DNA of 63,054 nucleotides, counting the filler, from Gemmatimonadota bacterium (GTDB lineage: Bacteria; 4572-55; J002), in NCBI GenBank assembly GCA_003697105.1. It is 4 parts of 4 records of this genome, joined end to end, with 100 filler letters (N's around TTAATTAATTAA, not from the genome) between each part and the next. Parts side by side here need not be neighbours in the genome. Positions count along the whole stretch, not along the records: positions 32,162 to 51,613 come from RFFQ01000026.1; positions 51,714 to 63,054 come from RFFQ01000030.1; 2 more parts are not named here. One strand, written 5' to 3'. The translations under genes were made by a program, and so were the position numbers. Below are positions 47,995 to 58,267 of this stretch, one piece after another. The notes beneath the pieces were generated by a model. It searched no databases. It was not told the origin of the DNA and saw nothing but the letters and a program-made list of their open reading frames with translations. Position 1 is the stretch's first letter; each line of letters starts with the position of its first letter.

Positions 47995-48037
47995 ATGAAA
48001 AAAGAGCCGATCAGCTTTGGATCGGCTCTTTTTTCAT
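47995..48037. terminator. Bidirectional terminator after rpsA
   Basis: ATGAAAAAAGAGCCGATC...GATCGGCTCTTTTTTCAT. Confidence 0.9.
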
Positions 48038-48147
48038 TATGTCCATTAAATTTGCGGATTTGAAAGATTGAGTTTGACCTAAATTTTTGGTAATAAAATA
48101 GTTAGGTTATTAAATGCCTTATGGGGTTGGTGTCGGAATATGCGAAC

Positions 48148-48711
48148 CTACGATGGGATCCGTTCGCGGTAGAGTTGGGGGTCCACTACTGCCGCCATCC
48201 GATCCACCGCCAGCGGCATCTCTAAAAAATCCGCAATTTGGTGCGCCATGACCTCAGGTTGAGTCAATACGTCCTGATGGGAGACCTCCAGTACGGACAT
48301 TCGGGGTTGCGCCATCAGCCACGGTTTGATGTAATTTAGGTGCAATTCAAACGTATGAATCAACTTATCTTTTTCAGCGGTACTCATCTGACCTAAATTG
48401 CGGATCATCTTTTGTTGGGAGTGATATACCTCCACCAAATTACGCTCCATGAAGATGATTTTATAGGGGTACTCCAACGGGAGATGGGGCAATAGATACG
48501 AGATGATCTTAACCGCTTTTCCTTCTGCTTTTTTAAGCCATGAATTATCGGTTTTGAGTGCTTTTACCCGTTCATACTCAAAATAACCCCGCGGATTGTT
48601 TTCATCGGGAGGACGAATATTATCCGTTAAAATAGATAGACCCCCAGCGTGGAGCATTTGCATCATCAACGATGTACCCGAACGGGGCAAACCCGAAACA
48701 ACTGTAATCAT
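48148..48711 (-). CDS. Sulfotransferase-family protein
   Basis: MITVVSGLPRSGTS PAPS-binding loop, NPRGYFE, R...S motif. Confidence 0.85.
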   Translation of the reverse strand: MITVVSGLPRSGTSLMMQMLHAGGLSILTDNIRPPDENNPRGYFEYERVKALKTDNSWLKKAEGKAVKIISYLLPHLPLEYPYKIIFMERNLVEVYHSQQKMIRNLGQMSTAEKDKLIHTFELHLNYIKPWLMAQPRMSVLEVSHQDVLTQPEVMAHQIADFLEMPLAVDRMAAVVDPQLYRERIPS

Positions 48712-49064
48712 AAGATATACCGGGAGCTCACTTAAAATAGTATAAATGCGGAATCGACGAACCATCCTTAAATGTAAAAAACCAGCAAGGATGGGATTTG
48801 TTGGGCAACTACATTAAATCTAGCTAAATCTAACGCCACTCCTGCCAGACTGTCAAGCGTCAAATGACACCAACAGAAAATGAAAACTCTTAAGTTATTT
48901 AAATATTATGGGAATTTAACCCGTTGATTTCAAAGAATGATAATGTCTTGGCGAAGATATGGTAGCATATCCTAGTTTTCCCAACCGGTAATAAAACATT
49001 GATTTTTGTCGCGAGATTATATACAATCAGTGAACCTTGAGATCGATTATGGGGGAGATTCTGG

Positions 49065-49763
49065 ATGAATCCTCAGATTATTATCGCAATGGCAGTGGCA
49101 CCGGGCATCTTCTGGCTCTGGTATTTTTATCAACGAGATACGCTGGAACCGGAGCCGCGGGGGCAGGTGCTCAAAATATTTTTGTGGGGGGCATTCTCGG
49201 CTCTTCCGGCAATCTTCCTGGAGATACCGTTTGGCGGGTTATCCTTGCTTTCCACTGTGGTCGTTGCCCCACTGGTAGAGGAATTATGTAAATTTTATGT
49301 GGTAAAAACCAAAATTTACGACCACGATGAATTTGATGAACCGATGGACGGGATTGTCTATGGTACTGCCGCCGCATTGGGGTTTGCGTCAGCGGAAAAT
49401 ATCCTCTATTTGATGGCGGCATATTATGCCCCGGAATCTTTGAACCTAAGCGGGAGTGCCGTATCAAGCCTTTGGTCCACGTTTGTACTTCGGGCAGTTT
49501 TGTCAGTACCCGGTCATGCGTTGTGGGGTGCCATCTGGGGTTATGCTTTAGGGTTAGCAAAATTCGGTGCCCCTCGTACCGTGATCGGTACCGGCGTTGT
49601 ATTGGCCATCCTGTTACATGGCGCCTTTAATTTCCTTGTAAGCACCCACCTGCTGATGGGGCTGGGGCTTTTCGTTTTGATTCCACTTATGTGGGGAATG
49701 GTCAATCGTCGTATTGCCGTATCCTTGCGACACTCCCCACACCGAGATTCCCCCAAATTATAA
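49065..49763 (+). CDS. PrsW-family intramembrane protease
   Basis: EPEP, EExxK (EELCK), FxxxEN, GH, HxxxN motifs. Confidence 0.92.
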   Translation: MNPQIIIAMAVAPGIFWLWYFYQRDTLEPEPRGQVLKIFLWGAFSALPAIFLEIPFGGLSLLSTVVVAPLVEELCKFYVVKTKIYDHDEFDEPMDGIVYGTAAALGFASAENILYLMAAYYAPESLNLSGSAVSSLWSTFVLRAVLSVPGHALWGAIWGYALGLAKFGAPRTVIGTGVVLAILLHGAFNFLVSTHLLMGLGLFVLIPLMWGMVNRRIAVSLRHSPHRDSPKL

Positions 49764-49907
49764 AATTGAAAATTTAACTAAATACTGCCAGTAACGCTAA
49801 GATTGGTTTGTCGATTTGAAACCCTAAAGATTAAGGAGTCGTCGAAAAACCTTTTTTAAAAATGTAATATGGATGTTTCATTTTACCTTACCTTATTGAG
49901 GTGACCC

Positions 49908-51341
49908 ATGACCGCCACACTCGAATCTCTCACAAAAGATAAGGCTTTCAACCGGGCATACCAGCAATTTGTAGCGGATTATCCGGAGTTCGTCCAGACC
50001 CAACGCTTGGATGTGCTACGGGCAACCGAATTTTCCCGGCTCGACCAACTCCATCATATTTATCTGGATTATACCGGTGGAGGGTTGTACGGGGAGTCAC
50101 AGGTACGCAAGCATTCTGAGATGTTGTTAAATGGGGTTTACGGGAATCCACATTCCTCGAATCCTACCTCCCAAGCGATGACCGAACTCGTCGAAAAGAC
50201 CCGGCATCATATTTTAACGTATTTTAATGCTTCACCGGAGGAATATGGGGCGATTTTTACCCAGAACGCCAGTGGTGCACTCAAGCTTGTGGGTGAGTCG
50301 TACCCCTTCCAGCCAGGCGACCAATATTTATTGACATTTGATAATCATAATTCGGTACTCGGTATTCGGGAATTTGACCGTACTCACGGGGCGACAACCA
50401 CCTACATTCCGGTACAAGCGCCGGAAATGACCGTTGATGAGAATGAATTGCTCCGCTCTCTGGATTTAGCCCGGCCGGACGGCAATAATCTGTTCGCCTA
50501 TCCGGCGCAGTCTAATTTTTCTGGCGTGCAATATCCGTTGGAATGGATCGCGCTGGCACAGGAGAAAGGTTGGGATGTTTTGCTGGATGCCGCGGCATTT
50601 GTGCCAACTAACCGGCTGGATTTAAGCATCTGGAAGCCCGATTTTGTTCCCATTTCCTTTTACAAGATGTTTGGTTATCCAACCGGGATTGGCGCTTTGA
50701 TCGCCAAACGCGAAAAATTACAAAAACTGCATCGTCCCTGGTTTGCCGGTGGTACGATTGTAGCCGTGAGCGTGCAAGCCAACCAGCACCGTTTGGCAAA
50801 AGGGGAAGAAGCATTTGAGGATGGGACAATCAACTATCTTATGATTCCCGCCGTCAAGATTGGTTTGGATTACATGGAACATGTGGGTGTTGATTTAATC
50901 CATGAACGGGTGCGTTGTCTCGCCAGTTGGTTGATCGACCAATTGACGGGGCTGAAACATCGCAACGGCAAACTCGCCACCAAACTCTATGGTCCTCCCA
51001 GTAGCGGCAGACGCGGTGGTACGGTCACCTTCAATCTGTTTAATGCAAACGGACAGGAAATCGATTACGAACTTGTCGAACAAGAAGCCAACCGGCGAAA
51101 AATCTCCTTGCGAACCGGATGTTTTTGTAATCCGGGTTCCGGGGAGGCGGCGTTCGGCTTGGGTAAAGATGAAATTATTTCCTGTTTTTCACGGGCGCCG
51201 GAGTTTCAATCCTCATCGGATTTTCGCGGGTGTTTTAAAGATACTCACGCTGGAGCAATACGCGTCTCGGTGGGGATGGCATCTAACTTTGCCGATGTCT
51301 ATCAGTTTATTGAATTTGTGAAAGAACTGTTTTTGGAGTAG
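49908..51341 (+). CDS. Class V PLP enzyme, molybdenum cofactor sulfurase (MOCOS/ABA3) N-terminal-like
   Basis: YLDYTG, GNPHS, DNHNSV, LLDAAA, SFYKMFGYPTG, LRTGCFCNPG, RVSVG. Confidence 0.85.
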   Translation: MTATLESLTKDKAFNRAYQQFVADYPEFVQTQRLDVLRATEFSRLDQLHHIYLDYTGGGLYGESQVRKHSEMLLNGVYGNPHSSNPTSQAMTELVEKTRHHILTYFNASPEEYGAIFTQNASGALKLVGESYPFQPGDQYLLTFDNHNSVLGIREFDRTHGATTTYIPVQAPEMTVDENELLRSLDLARPDGNNLFAYPAQSNFSGVQYPLEWIALAQEKGWDVLLDAAAFVPTNRLDLSIWKPDFVPISFYKMFGYPTGIGALIAKREKLQKLHRPWFAGGTIVAVSVQANQHRLAKGEEAFEDGTINYLMIPAVKIGLDYMEHVGVDLIHERVRCLASWLIDQLTGLKHRNGKLATKLYGPPSSGRRGGTVTFNLFNANGQEIDYELVEQEANRRKISLRTGCFCNPGSGEAAFGLGKDEIISCFSRAPEFQSSSDFRGCFKDTHAGAIRVSVGMASNFADVYQFIEFVKELFLE

Positions 51342-51449
51342 GGTTGCATTTTAGGATAATAATGTCTTCTGGGGGTCTTTATCCGTTGTTACGGGTATCC
51401 GGTATGTGGATATGACACCCATCCGGAAACGTCCGAAAGGAAACGAAAA

Positions 51450-51495
51450 AAGGGCAGGTGCACCGGAGTAACGGCGCACCTGCCCTTACTTTTTT
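51450..51495 (+). terminator. Intrinsic terminator-like hairpin
   Basis: AAGGGCAGGTGC...GCACCTGCCCTT followed by ACTTTTTT. Confidence 0.7.
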
Positions 51496-51517
51496 ATTCG
51501 GACATGATACCTTGTAT

Positions 51518-51567
51518 CTGACTTTCCGTACCCCTGTTTTTAGAAATTGTATTTTTCGGAATGTGAG
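51518..51567. mobile_element. Degenerate ~50-bp element with IS1634-like ends
   Basis: Left CTGACTTTCCGTACCCC resembles CCGACATTCCGCACCCC at 13400; right TTCGGAATGTGAG is its imperfect inverse. Confidence 0.45.
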
Positions 51568-51613
51568 TTATCTTATCATTTCACCGTTTTGGAGGGAAAT
51601 GAAATGGATACCC

Positions 51614-51713
51614 NNNNNNNNNNNNNNNNNNNNNNNNNNNNNNNNNNNNNNNNNNNNTTAATTAATTAANNNNNNNNNNNNNNNNNNNNNNNNNNNNNNN
51701 NNNNNNNNNNNNN
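51614..51713. other. Assembly gap
   Basis: N run with linker. Confidence 0.99.
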
Positions 51714-52014
51714 CATATGTTTATTATTTTTAATATAAAGTTGTTTTCGGATGAGTTTATCTTTTTTATTTATTAGTAAAAATGTTGTAACTTATTAACA
51801 CAGAATAACTTACCCATTTGTTAATTTTGTAGTAGTTAATTAAAAGTATTCATTTTTATTTCGAATGCAAGCCTAAGTTCCGTATTGCGGCCCGCGAAGT
51901 TCTATCTTGGAGGTTTTTGTCGAAGAAACTGCCACCTTGACACCTTCTCTGAACATATCCCCCAACAATCTGCCATTTTAACCGCAACAGCCTCAAAAAT
52001 AAGCGATTATTTCG

Positions 52015-52028
52015 GGCACACCCCTTGC
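52015..52028 (+). promoter_or_regulatory. Putative sigma54 (-24/-12) promoter of clpB
   Basis: GGCAC-ACCCC-TTGC with exact GG-N10-GC spacing, about 60 nt before the start. Confidence 0.55.
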
Positions 52029-52086
52029 GAACCCCTTAACCGCATGAAACGCATAAACCTTACAAAACGCTTCAGGAGGAATAGTT

Positions 52087-54663
52087 ATGAGACTCGATAA
52101 ATTTACCTTAAAATCGCAAGAGGCATTGCAAGCCGCGCAGGAAATTGCCGATCAGCATCAACATCAGGCAATTCATGATGTGCATCTGCTGCTGGCACTG
52201 ATCGAACAGTCCGAAGGTGTTGTTGTACCGTTGTTGCAAAAGTTGGGTGCCCGTCCAGAACGTATTGTGGACGAAACGCAGCAGGTGCTACAGACAATTG
52301 CCAAAGTGCAAGGTGTTACGGGGCAGCATTATCTTTCTACGGCGCTCCAAAAAGTGTTGGATGACGCCTGGAAAGAAGCTCAACGGCTAAAAGATGAGTA
52401 TATTAGTACGGAACATTTGCTCATGGCACTTGCCACTTCCAGTGAAAAAGCCGGTAAAATCCTGCGGGATAATGGGGTGAAAAAAGATGCCATCCTCAAA
52501 GTTTTAAAAGAGATTCGCGGTTCACAGCGGGTGACTGACCAAAATCCAGAAGATAAGTATAATGCGTTGAAGCGTTTCGGGGTCAATCTGGTGGATGCCG
52601 CCCGGCAAGGCAAAATTGACCCCGTGATCGGGCGCGATGAAGAAATCCGGCGAACGATTCAAGTGTTATCCCGTCGGAAAAAAAACAATCCGGTGCTAAT
52701 CGGGGAACCGGGTGTCGGGAAGACCGCGATTGTGGAAGGTATCGCACAACGGATTGTGGAAGGCGACGTCCCGGAATCCCTTAAAAATAAGCAGTTGATC
52801 GCATTGGATATGGGAGCGCTCATCGCGGGAGCAAAATTTCGGGGAGAATTTGAAGACCGGTTGAAAGCGGTCTTGCGGGAAGTTACCGAAAGTAACGGTG
52901 AAATCATCCTGTTTATTGATGAGTTACACACGATGGTGGGTGCCGGTGCGGCAGAAGGCGCGGTTGATGCCGCCAATATGCTCAAGCCTGCGCTCGCCCG
53001 GGGGGAATTACGCTGTATTGGTGCCACAACCCTCGATGAATATCGCAAATACATCGAAAAAGATGCCGCGTTGGAACGGCGATTCCAACAAGTTTACGTT
53101 GACCAGCCCTCCGTTAGCGACACCATCAGTATTTTGCGCGGTCTCAAGGAAAAATACGAGGTACATCACGGGATTCGCATTCAGGATAACGCCCTCGTTG
53201 CCGCCGCCGTCCTCTCAAACCGCTATATCACGGATCGATTCTTGCCGGACAAAGCGATTGACCTGATCGATGAAGCCGCCTCCAAACTACGGATCGAGAT
53301 CGATAGTATGCCCCATGAAATCGATGAGGTCGAACGGCGCATCCGCCAACTGGAAATCGAACGGCAAGCGCTTAAAAAAGAAAAAGATAAAGCCTCACGG
53401 GAACGGCTGGAGAACCTCGAACGCGATCTGGCAGAACTGAAAGAAAAATCAAGCCAGATGAAAGCGCAATGGCAGCACGAAAAAGAGATCATTTTAGCCA
53501 TCCGGCAGGTCAAAGAAGAGATCGACCAGATCAAAATCCAGATGCAACAAGCCGAACGAAACGGCGACCTGAATCGTGCCGCCGAGTTAAAATACGGGCA
53601 ACTCCCCGCCGCGGAACGGAAACTGGAAGAATTGAATCACAAACTAGCAAAAATTCAACTAGACCGCAGTTTTTTGAAAGAAGAGATCGATGAAGAAGAT
53701 ATTGGCGAAATTGTTTCCAAATGGACGGGAATTCCGGTCAGCAAATTGTTGGAGAGTGAAAAGCAAAAACTGGTGAGGATGGAAGACAATCTACGGCAGC
53801 GCGTGGTTGGGCAAGATGATGCGCTGGAAGCTGTCGCCGATGCGGTGCGACGAAATCGTGCCGGTCTGGGTGACCCCAACCGCCCCATTGGCTCGTTTAT
53901 TTTCCTGGGTCCCACCGGTGTCGGTAAGACCGAAACCGCCCGTGCGCTTGCGGAATTCCTTTTTGATGACGAACGGGCAATGGTGCGAATCGATATGTCC
54001 GAATTTATGGAAAAACATAGTGTCTCCCGTCTGATCGGTGCGCCGCCGGGCTATGTTGGGTACGATCAAGGCGGATATTTGACAGAAGCGGTGCGCCGTC
54101 GTCCGTACAGCGTCATTTTGTTCGATGAAATTGAAAAAGCGCACCCGGATGTCTTCAATGTACTGCTGCAAATTCTGGATGACGGCCGCCTGACCGACGG
54201 GCAAGGTCGAACCGTGGATTTCAAAAATACGGTCATTATTATGACCAGTAACATTGGTAGCCAGTGGATATCTGACCTCGGCGAAAATGTGGAGCAGATC
54301 GAACACCGCGTGATGGAAGCTATGAAACAGCACTTCCGCCCGGAATTCCTCAACCGGATTGACGAAACCATCATCTTCCATCGTCTGAAAAAGGAACATC
54401 TGCGCCAGATTGTGGACATCCAACTGCAACACCTGCGGGATCGCCTCGCAGACCGGAAACTCAACTTGACGATTACCGATGCCGCCAAAGATTATCTCGG
54501 CGAAATGGGTTATGATCCCATTTACGGCGCACGCCCGCTCAAGCGACTGATCCAGAAAGAACTTGAAAATCCGCTGGCACTGCGCTTACTCGAAGGGCAC
54601 TATCTGGAAGGTGATACCATCGTTGTGGATCGCGGTGGTGCCGGGTTGGAGTTTAAGAAATAA
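52087..54663 (+). CDS. clpB: ATP-dependent chaperone ClpB
   Basis: Two AAA+ modules ([16 protein letters not shown]), long middle coiled coil with [16 protein letters not shown]. Confidence 0.99.
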   Translation: MRLDKFTLKSQEALQAAQEIADQHQHQAIHDVHLLLALIEQSEGVVVPLLQKLGARPERIVDETQQVLQTIAKVQGVTGQHYLSTALQKVLDDAWKEAQRLKDEYISTEHLLMALATSSEKAGKILRDNGVKKDAILKVLKEIRGSQRVTDQNPEDKYNALKRFGVNLVDAARQGKIDPVIGRDEEIRRTIQVLSRRKKNNPVLIGEPGVGKTAIVEGIAQRIVEGDVPESLKNKQLIALDMGALIAGAKFRGEFEDRLKAVLREVTESNGEIILFIDELHTMVGAGAAEGAVDAANMLKPALARGELRCIGATTLDEYRKYIEKDAALERRFQQVYVDQPSVSDTISILRGLKEKYEVHHGIRIQDNALVAAAVLSNRYITDRFLPDKAIDLIDEAASKLRIEIDSMPHEIDEVERRIRQLEIERQALKKEKDKASRERLENLERDLAELKEKSSQMKAQWQHEKEIILAIRQVKEEIDQIKIQMQQAERNGDLNRAAELKYGQLPAAERKLEELNHKLAKIQLDRSFLKEEIDEEDIGEIVSKWTGIPVSKLLESEKQKLVRMEDNLRQRVVGQDDALEAVADAVRRNRAGLGDPNRPIGSFIFLGPTGVGKTETARALAEFLFDDERAMVRIDMSEFMEKHSVSRLIGAPPGYVGYDQGGYLTEAVRRRPYSVILFDEIEKAHPDVFNVLLQILDDGRLTDGQGRTVDFKNTVIIMTSNIGSQWISDLGENVEQIEHRVMEAMKQHFRPEFLNRIDETIIFHRLKKEHLRQIVDIQLQHLRDRLADRKLNLTITDAAKDYLGEMGYDPIYGARPLKRLIQKELENPLALRLLEGHYLEGDTIVVDRGGAGLEFKK

Positions 54664-54747
54664 CCCGGATCCCATTCACCGCTTTACGGTTACCAAGCCC
54701 GCTCTCGTAAGAGAGAGCGTTTAACTGAGTTTTAGCCTTTTTTCTAC

Positions 54748-54817
54748 CCCACATTGAGCAGGTCATACGTTATAACCTGATAAAACTGAAGTTAATTTTT
54801 GACCTGCTCAATGTGAG
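54748..54817. mobile_element. 70-bp MITE-like element with IS1634-type terminal inverted repeats
   Basis: Perfect 16-bp IR CACATTGAGCAGGTCA (54750-54765) / TGACCTGCTCAATGTG (54800-54815). 54748-54761 is the exact reverse complement of the IS end at 13882-13895. Confidence 0.72.
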
Positions 54818-55267
54818 GGCAACATCCGCCGGAGCGACAGTAGAAAGACGAATTCGACAGAGTCGCAGAGTAAGAGACTTCTCGTGCCAATTCCACTGCC
54901 TTGATTTGTTCGGTTTTGGCTTGGCCTTGAAACTTTTGTTTGCAATGATGCCCCCATTTTACCCCAATTACCAGCACTTTTCAAATTGAAAGATTCCATT
55001 GGGAAAAACGGCACGGTGTCTTTTTCTTTTGATTTGTTTTTTTGCTCCAATCCGGCGCACGATTGCGGACGGCGTTGGCGGTGTCGTTTCCGCCATAAAC
55101 CGGGAGCAATGGAGCGACAAACCGCCAACACGTAAGGAACGGTTCGCCCGTTTTAAGCAATATAGACATTGTTAGCAGGCATTACGGAATTAGTGGATCA
55201 GCACCGAATGCGCATGTTATCCCGCGATCCAAGTCAGAAAAAGTAACTGACACCCTTTAAACAAGTG

Positions 55268-55302
55268 GCTCCTCAATATATTAGTATTGAGGAGCTTTTT
55301 TT
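55268..55302 (+). terminator. Intrinsic terminator upstream of the nap promoter region
   Basis: GCTCCTCAATA...TATTGAGGAGC followed by T7. Confidence 0.8.
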
Positions 55303-55582
55303 ATGGTAGGAGCCAATGCTGAGCGGTAGAATCTTTGCTTGCCATAATTTTATAAACTTGCGCTTCGTTAAACTCATTTTACACCGGCTTCGAGGCGTTA
55401 TTAGCTACCCCTACATGCGGTTTTTCATTTCGTTGACCGATGAAACTTGTCCTTGCCCGTCTGATGTTCTATCTTCTATCCACCGCATTGCATTGTGCCC
55501 ATTATTTGGATAGGAGCCTTAACATTTAGGTAAGGTTATTGGTGCGGGGATTGCGAATTTTTCCCCATCTTTATTTCAGGGA

Positions 55583-55598
55583 CTTGACTAAAGTCAAG
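55583..55598. promoter_or_regulatory. Crp/Fnr-family (FNR/DNR-like) binding site upstream of the nap operon
   Basis: Palindrome CTTGAC-TAAA-GTCAAG versus FNR consensus TTGAT-N4-ATCAA; 85 nt before napD. Confidence 0.7.
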
Positions 55599-55682
55599 GC
55601 TAGATTTGTTGTTTGGGATTATTATGAATTAACCGATAAAAGAGTATTAATACTTAATAATGCGATTTGAAGAGGAATCGTT

Positions 55683-55916
55683 ATGCCAATCAAAAGTTAT
55701 CTTGCCTATCCATTAGAGGGCAAAAAGCAACAACTCGCGCAGGAGTTGGCAAATATAACTGGATGTGAAATCATACCATCAACGAACACCGAATTAATTG
55801 TTTTGGTGACAGAAACAGCAGACGAACAGGCAGAGACCGAGCTAGAAAATCGCTTGAAAAACCTCATGTCATTGCAATGTTTAACAATGGTTTCCGGTTT
55901 TGGCGATCATGCTTAA
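55683..55916 (+). CDS. napD: NapD-like nitrate reductase chaperone
   Basis: 77 aa, MPIKSYL start, LIVLVTET, ferredoxin-like pattern; directly before napA. Confidence 0.75.
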   Translation: MPIKSYLAYPLEGKKQQLAQELANITGCEIIPSTNTELIVLVTETADEQAETELENRLKNLMSLQCLTMVSGFGDHA

Positions 55917-55939
55917 TCTTAACGTTTAGGAGTAAACTA

Positions 55940-58267
55940 ATGAATCGAAGAGAATTTTTAAAGCAGATGGCTGCCGTCACCGCCATGACAGCGGCGGCGA
56001 CGATGTTTCCGGGCATTCTGTTTGCCGAAGACCAGAACAAAACACTACCAAACGATGATCTAACGTGGAAAAAAGCACCATGCCGGTTTTGTGGTGTGGG
56101 TTGTGGGTTGTTGATTGGTTTGTCGGGGGGTCGTGCGGTAGCGGTCAAAGGAGACCCAGCAAGTCCGGTCAACAAAGGGTTGTGTTGTGTCAAGGGCTAT
56201 CACTCTGTGATGGCATTGTACGGCGCCGATCGATTAAAAACGGCGTATGTTCGCAAAAATGGGGAGCTTGTCCCCACGCCAATCAAGGAAGCACTTGATC
56301 TGGTTGCCCAAAAGATGCAAGAAACCATTAAAACACATGGTAAAGATTCGGTGGCAATGTATGGATCGGGGCAGTGGACCATTCCGGACGGTTATGTTGC
56401 TTCCAAATTGATGAAAGGGGCTATCGGGACAAATAATCTGGAAGCGAACGCCCGGTTGTGCATGGCAAGTGCGGTCACCGGTTTTATCAGTACATTCGGG
56501 ATCGATGAACCGATGGGCTGTTATGAAGATATTGATCATGCCGATGTATTTGTGTTATGGGGCAATAACATGGCAGAAATGCATCCGGTGCTATTTTCAC
56601 GAATACTGGATCAGCGCCTTAAACGCAAAGATGTAAAAATTATCGATTTGGCGACGCGAACGACACGCACCAGTATGGCGGCAGATAAATCGATTCTGTT
56701 TTTGCCCCAATCAGATTTAGCCCTTGCCAACGCAATCTGTTACGAAATTTTGCGGAATGGCTGGGAAAACAAATCATTTATCGAAAAACATTGTCATTTC
56801 AAGAGCGGTAAGACCAATATTGGGTATGGGGTAGAGGATAAATTCGCGTTTAAAGACGAGAATACCGATATAACCTTTGATCAATATAAAAAATTTCTGG
56901 AAGATTATACTCCTGAAAAAGTGGAGCAGATATCGGGGGTATCGGCAAAGGACATTCGGTATCTTGCCTCATTATATGGTGATCCCAACCGCAAAGTAAC
57001 CAGTTTCTGGTGCATGGGTATGAACCAACATACACGCGGAACGTGGATCAACAACCTCGTTTACAACATCCATTTACTGGTGGGTAAGATTTCCACCCCG
57101 GGTAATAGCCCGTTCTCACTAACCGGACAGCCCAGCGCCTGCGGAACCGTGCGAGAAGTTGGCACTCTTACCCACAAACTCCCCCACGGTGTGGTAATGA
57201 ACGAGGAGGCTCGGAAAAAAGCCGCGAAAATCTGGAAAGTGCCGGTAGAGAACATCCCTCCCAAACCCAGCCTACACACCGTTGAAATGTTTCGGGCATT
57301 GGATCGGGGCGAGGTAAAATTTATGTGGATTCAAGTCACCAACCCGATGGTAACCATTCCAAAACTGAATCGCTATCGAGAGGGTGCACAAAAAGCGGGT
57401 CGATTTATTGTTGTTTCGGATGTTTACCCCACACCCACAACCGATATTGCTGATGTAATTTTGCCTTCTGCTATGTGGATCGAGCGAGAAGGGATGTTTG
57501 GCAATTCCGAACGACGAACCCAACATTTTGAGAAAATGGTGGATCCCCCCGGCGAAGCCATGAGTGACACCTGGCAGATTATCGAAGTTGCCCGCCGGAT
57601 GGGATTTCAGGAGCTTTTTCCGTGGGATGAAGCGACTCATATTGAAGAGATTTGGAAAGAGTACACCCAATTTCATGCGGGTGAAAAACACGGCATGGCA
57701 CCTTATGAGGTTCTCAAAGAGCGTCCCGGTGTGATGTGGCCCTTCGTCAATGGAAAAGAGACCAAATGGCGTTTTAATGCAGAAACCGATCCGGCAGCAA
57801 AAGATGGTGATCCGTTCAAATTCTATGGCAAACCCGATGGTAAAGCCTGGATTCTGGCGCGTCCGTATGAACCCCCTGCGGAAGAACCCGACGATGAATA
57901 TCCATTCTGGTTAAATACCGGTCGTGTATTGGAACATTGGCATACCGGCTCAATGACGCGGCGAATCCCCGTATTGCATAAAGCCATGCCGCATAGCTAT
58001 GTTGAACTCAATCCCGAAGATGCGAAAGAATTAGGTATCCGTAATGGTGAAAACGTCCTCCTGACTTCCCGACGGGGCAAAATTACACTCCCCGCATCGA
58101 TCAATGAACGGGGTGTTCCACCCAGAGGTCAAGTCTTTGTCCCATTTTTTGATGAAAACCTGTTAATTAACGAATTAACGCTTGACGCGTTTTGTCCCAT
58201 CTCTAAACAACCGGATTATAAAAAATGCGCCGTGAAAGTTCAGAAAGCCCTCAAAAGCGAATCGTAA
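55940..58267 (+). CDS. napA: Periplasmic nitrate reductase catalytic subunit
   Basis: Tat signal NRREFLK; CRFCGVGC...CVKG; GSGQW; NARLCMASA; MGMNQH; SLTGQPSACGTVREVG; TGRVLEHWHTG; PDYKKCAV. Confidence 0.98.
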   Translation: MNRREFLKQMAAVTAMTAAATMFPGILFAEDQNKTLPNDDLTWKKAPCRFCGVGCGLLIGLSGGRAVAVKGDPASPVNKGLCCVKGYHSVMALYGADRLKTAYVRKNGELVPTPIKEALDLVAQKMQETIKTHGKDSVAMYGSGQWTIPDGYVASKLMKGAIGTNNLEANARLCMASAVTGFISTFGIDEPMGCYEDIDHADVFVLWGNNMAEMHPVLFSRILDQRLKRKDVKIIDLATRTTRTSMAADKSILFLPQSDLALANAICYEILRNGWENKSFIEKHCHFKSGKTNIGYGVEDKFAFKDENTDITFDQYKKFLEDYTPEKVEQISGVSAKDIRYLASLYGDPNRKVTSFWCMGMNQHTRGTWINNLVYNIHLLVGKISTPGNSPFSLTGQPSACGTVREVGTLTHKLPHGVVMNEEARKKAAKIWKVPVENIPPKPSLHTVEMFRALDRGEVKFMWIQVTNPMVTIPKLNRYREGAQKAGRFIVVSDVYPTPTTDIADVILPSAMWIEREGMFGNSERRTQHFEKMVDPPGEAMSDTWQIIEVARRMGFQELFPWDEATHIEEIWKEYTQFHAGEKHGMAPYEVLKERPGVMWPFVNGKETKWRFNAETDPAAKDGDPFKFYGKPDGKAWILARPYEPPAEEPDDEYPFWLNTGRVLEHWHTGSMTRRIPVLHKAMPHSYVELNPEDAKELGIRNGENVLLTSRRGKITLPASINERGVPPRGQVFVPFFDENLLINELTLDAFCPISKQPDYKKCAVKVQKALKSES

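Noticed and set aside
54792-55513. Short ORFs between clpB and napD
   Set aside because: No RBS or recognisable motifs; they overlap hairpins and the MITE.
55380-55520. Possible Moco riboswitch upstream of nap (GCCCATTATTTGGATAGGAG resembles the motif's 3' end)
   Set aside because: The upstream conserved stems could not be identified and the stretch lies upstream of the FNR-like box; an Rfam scan would be needed.
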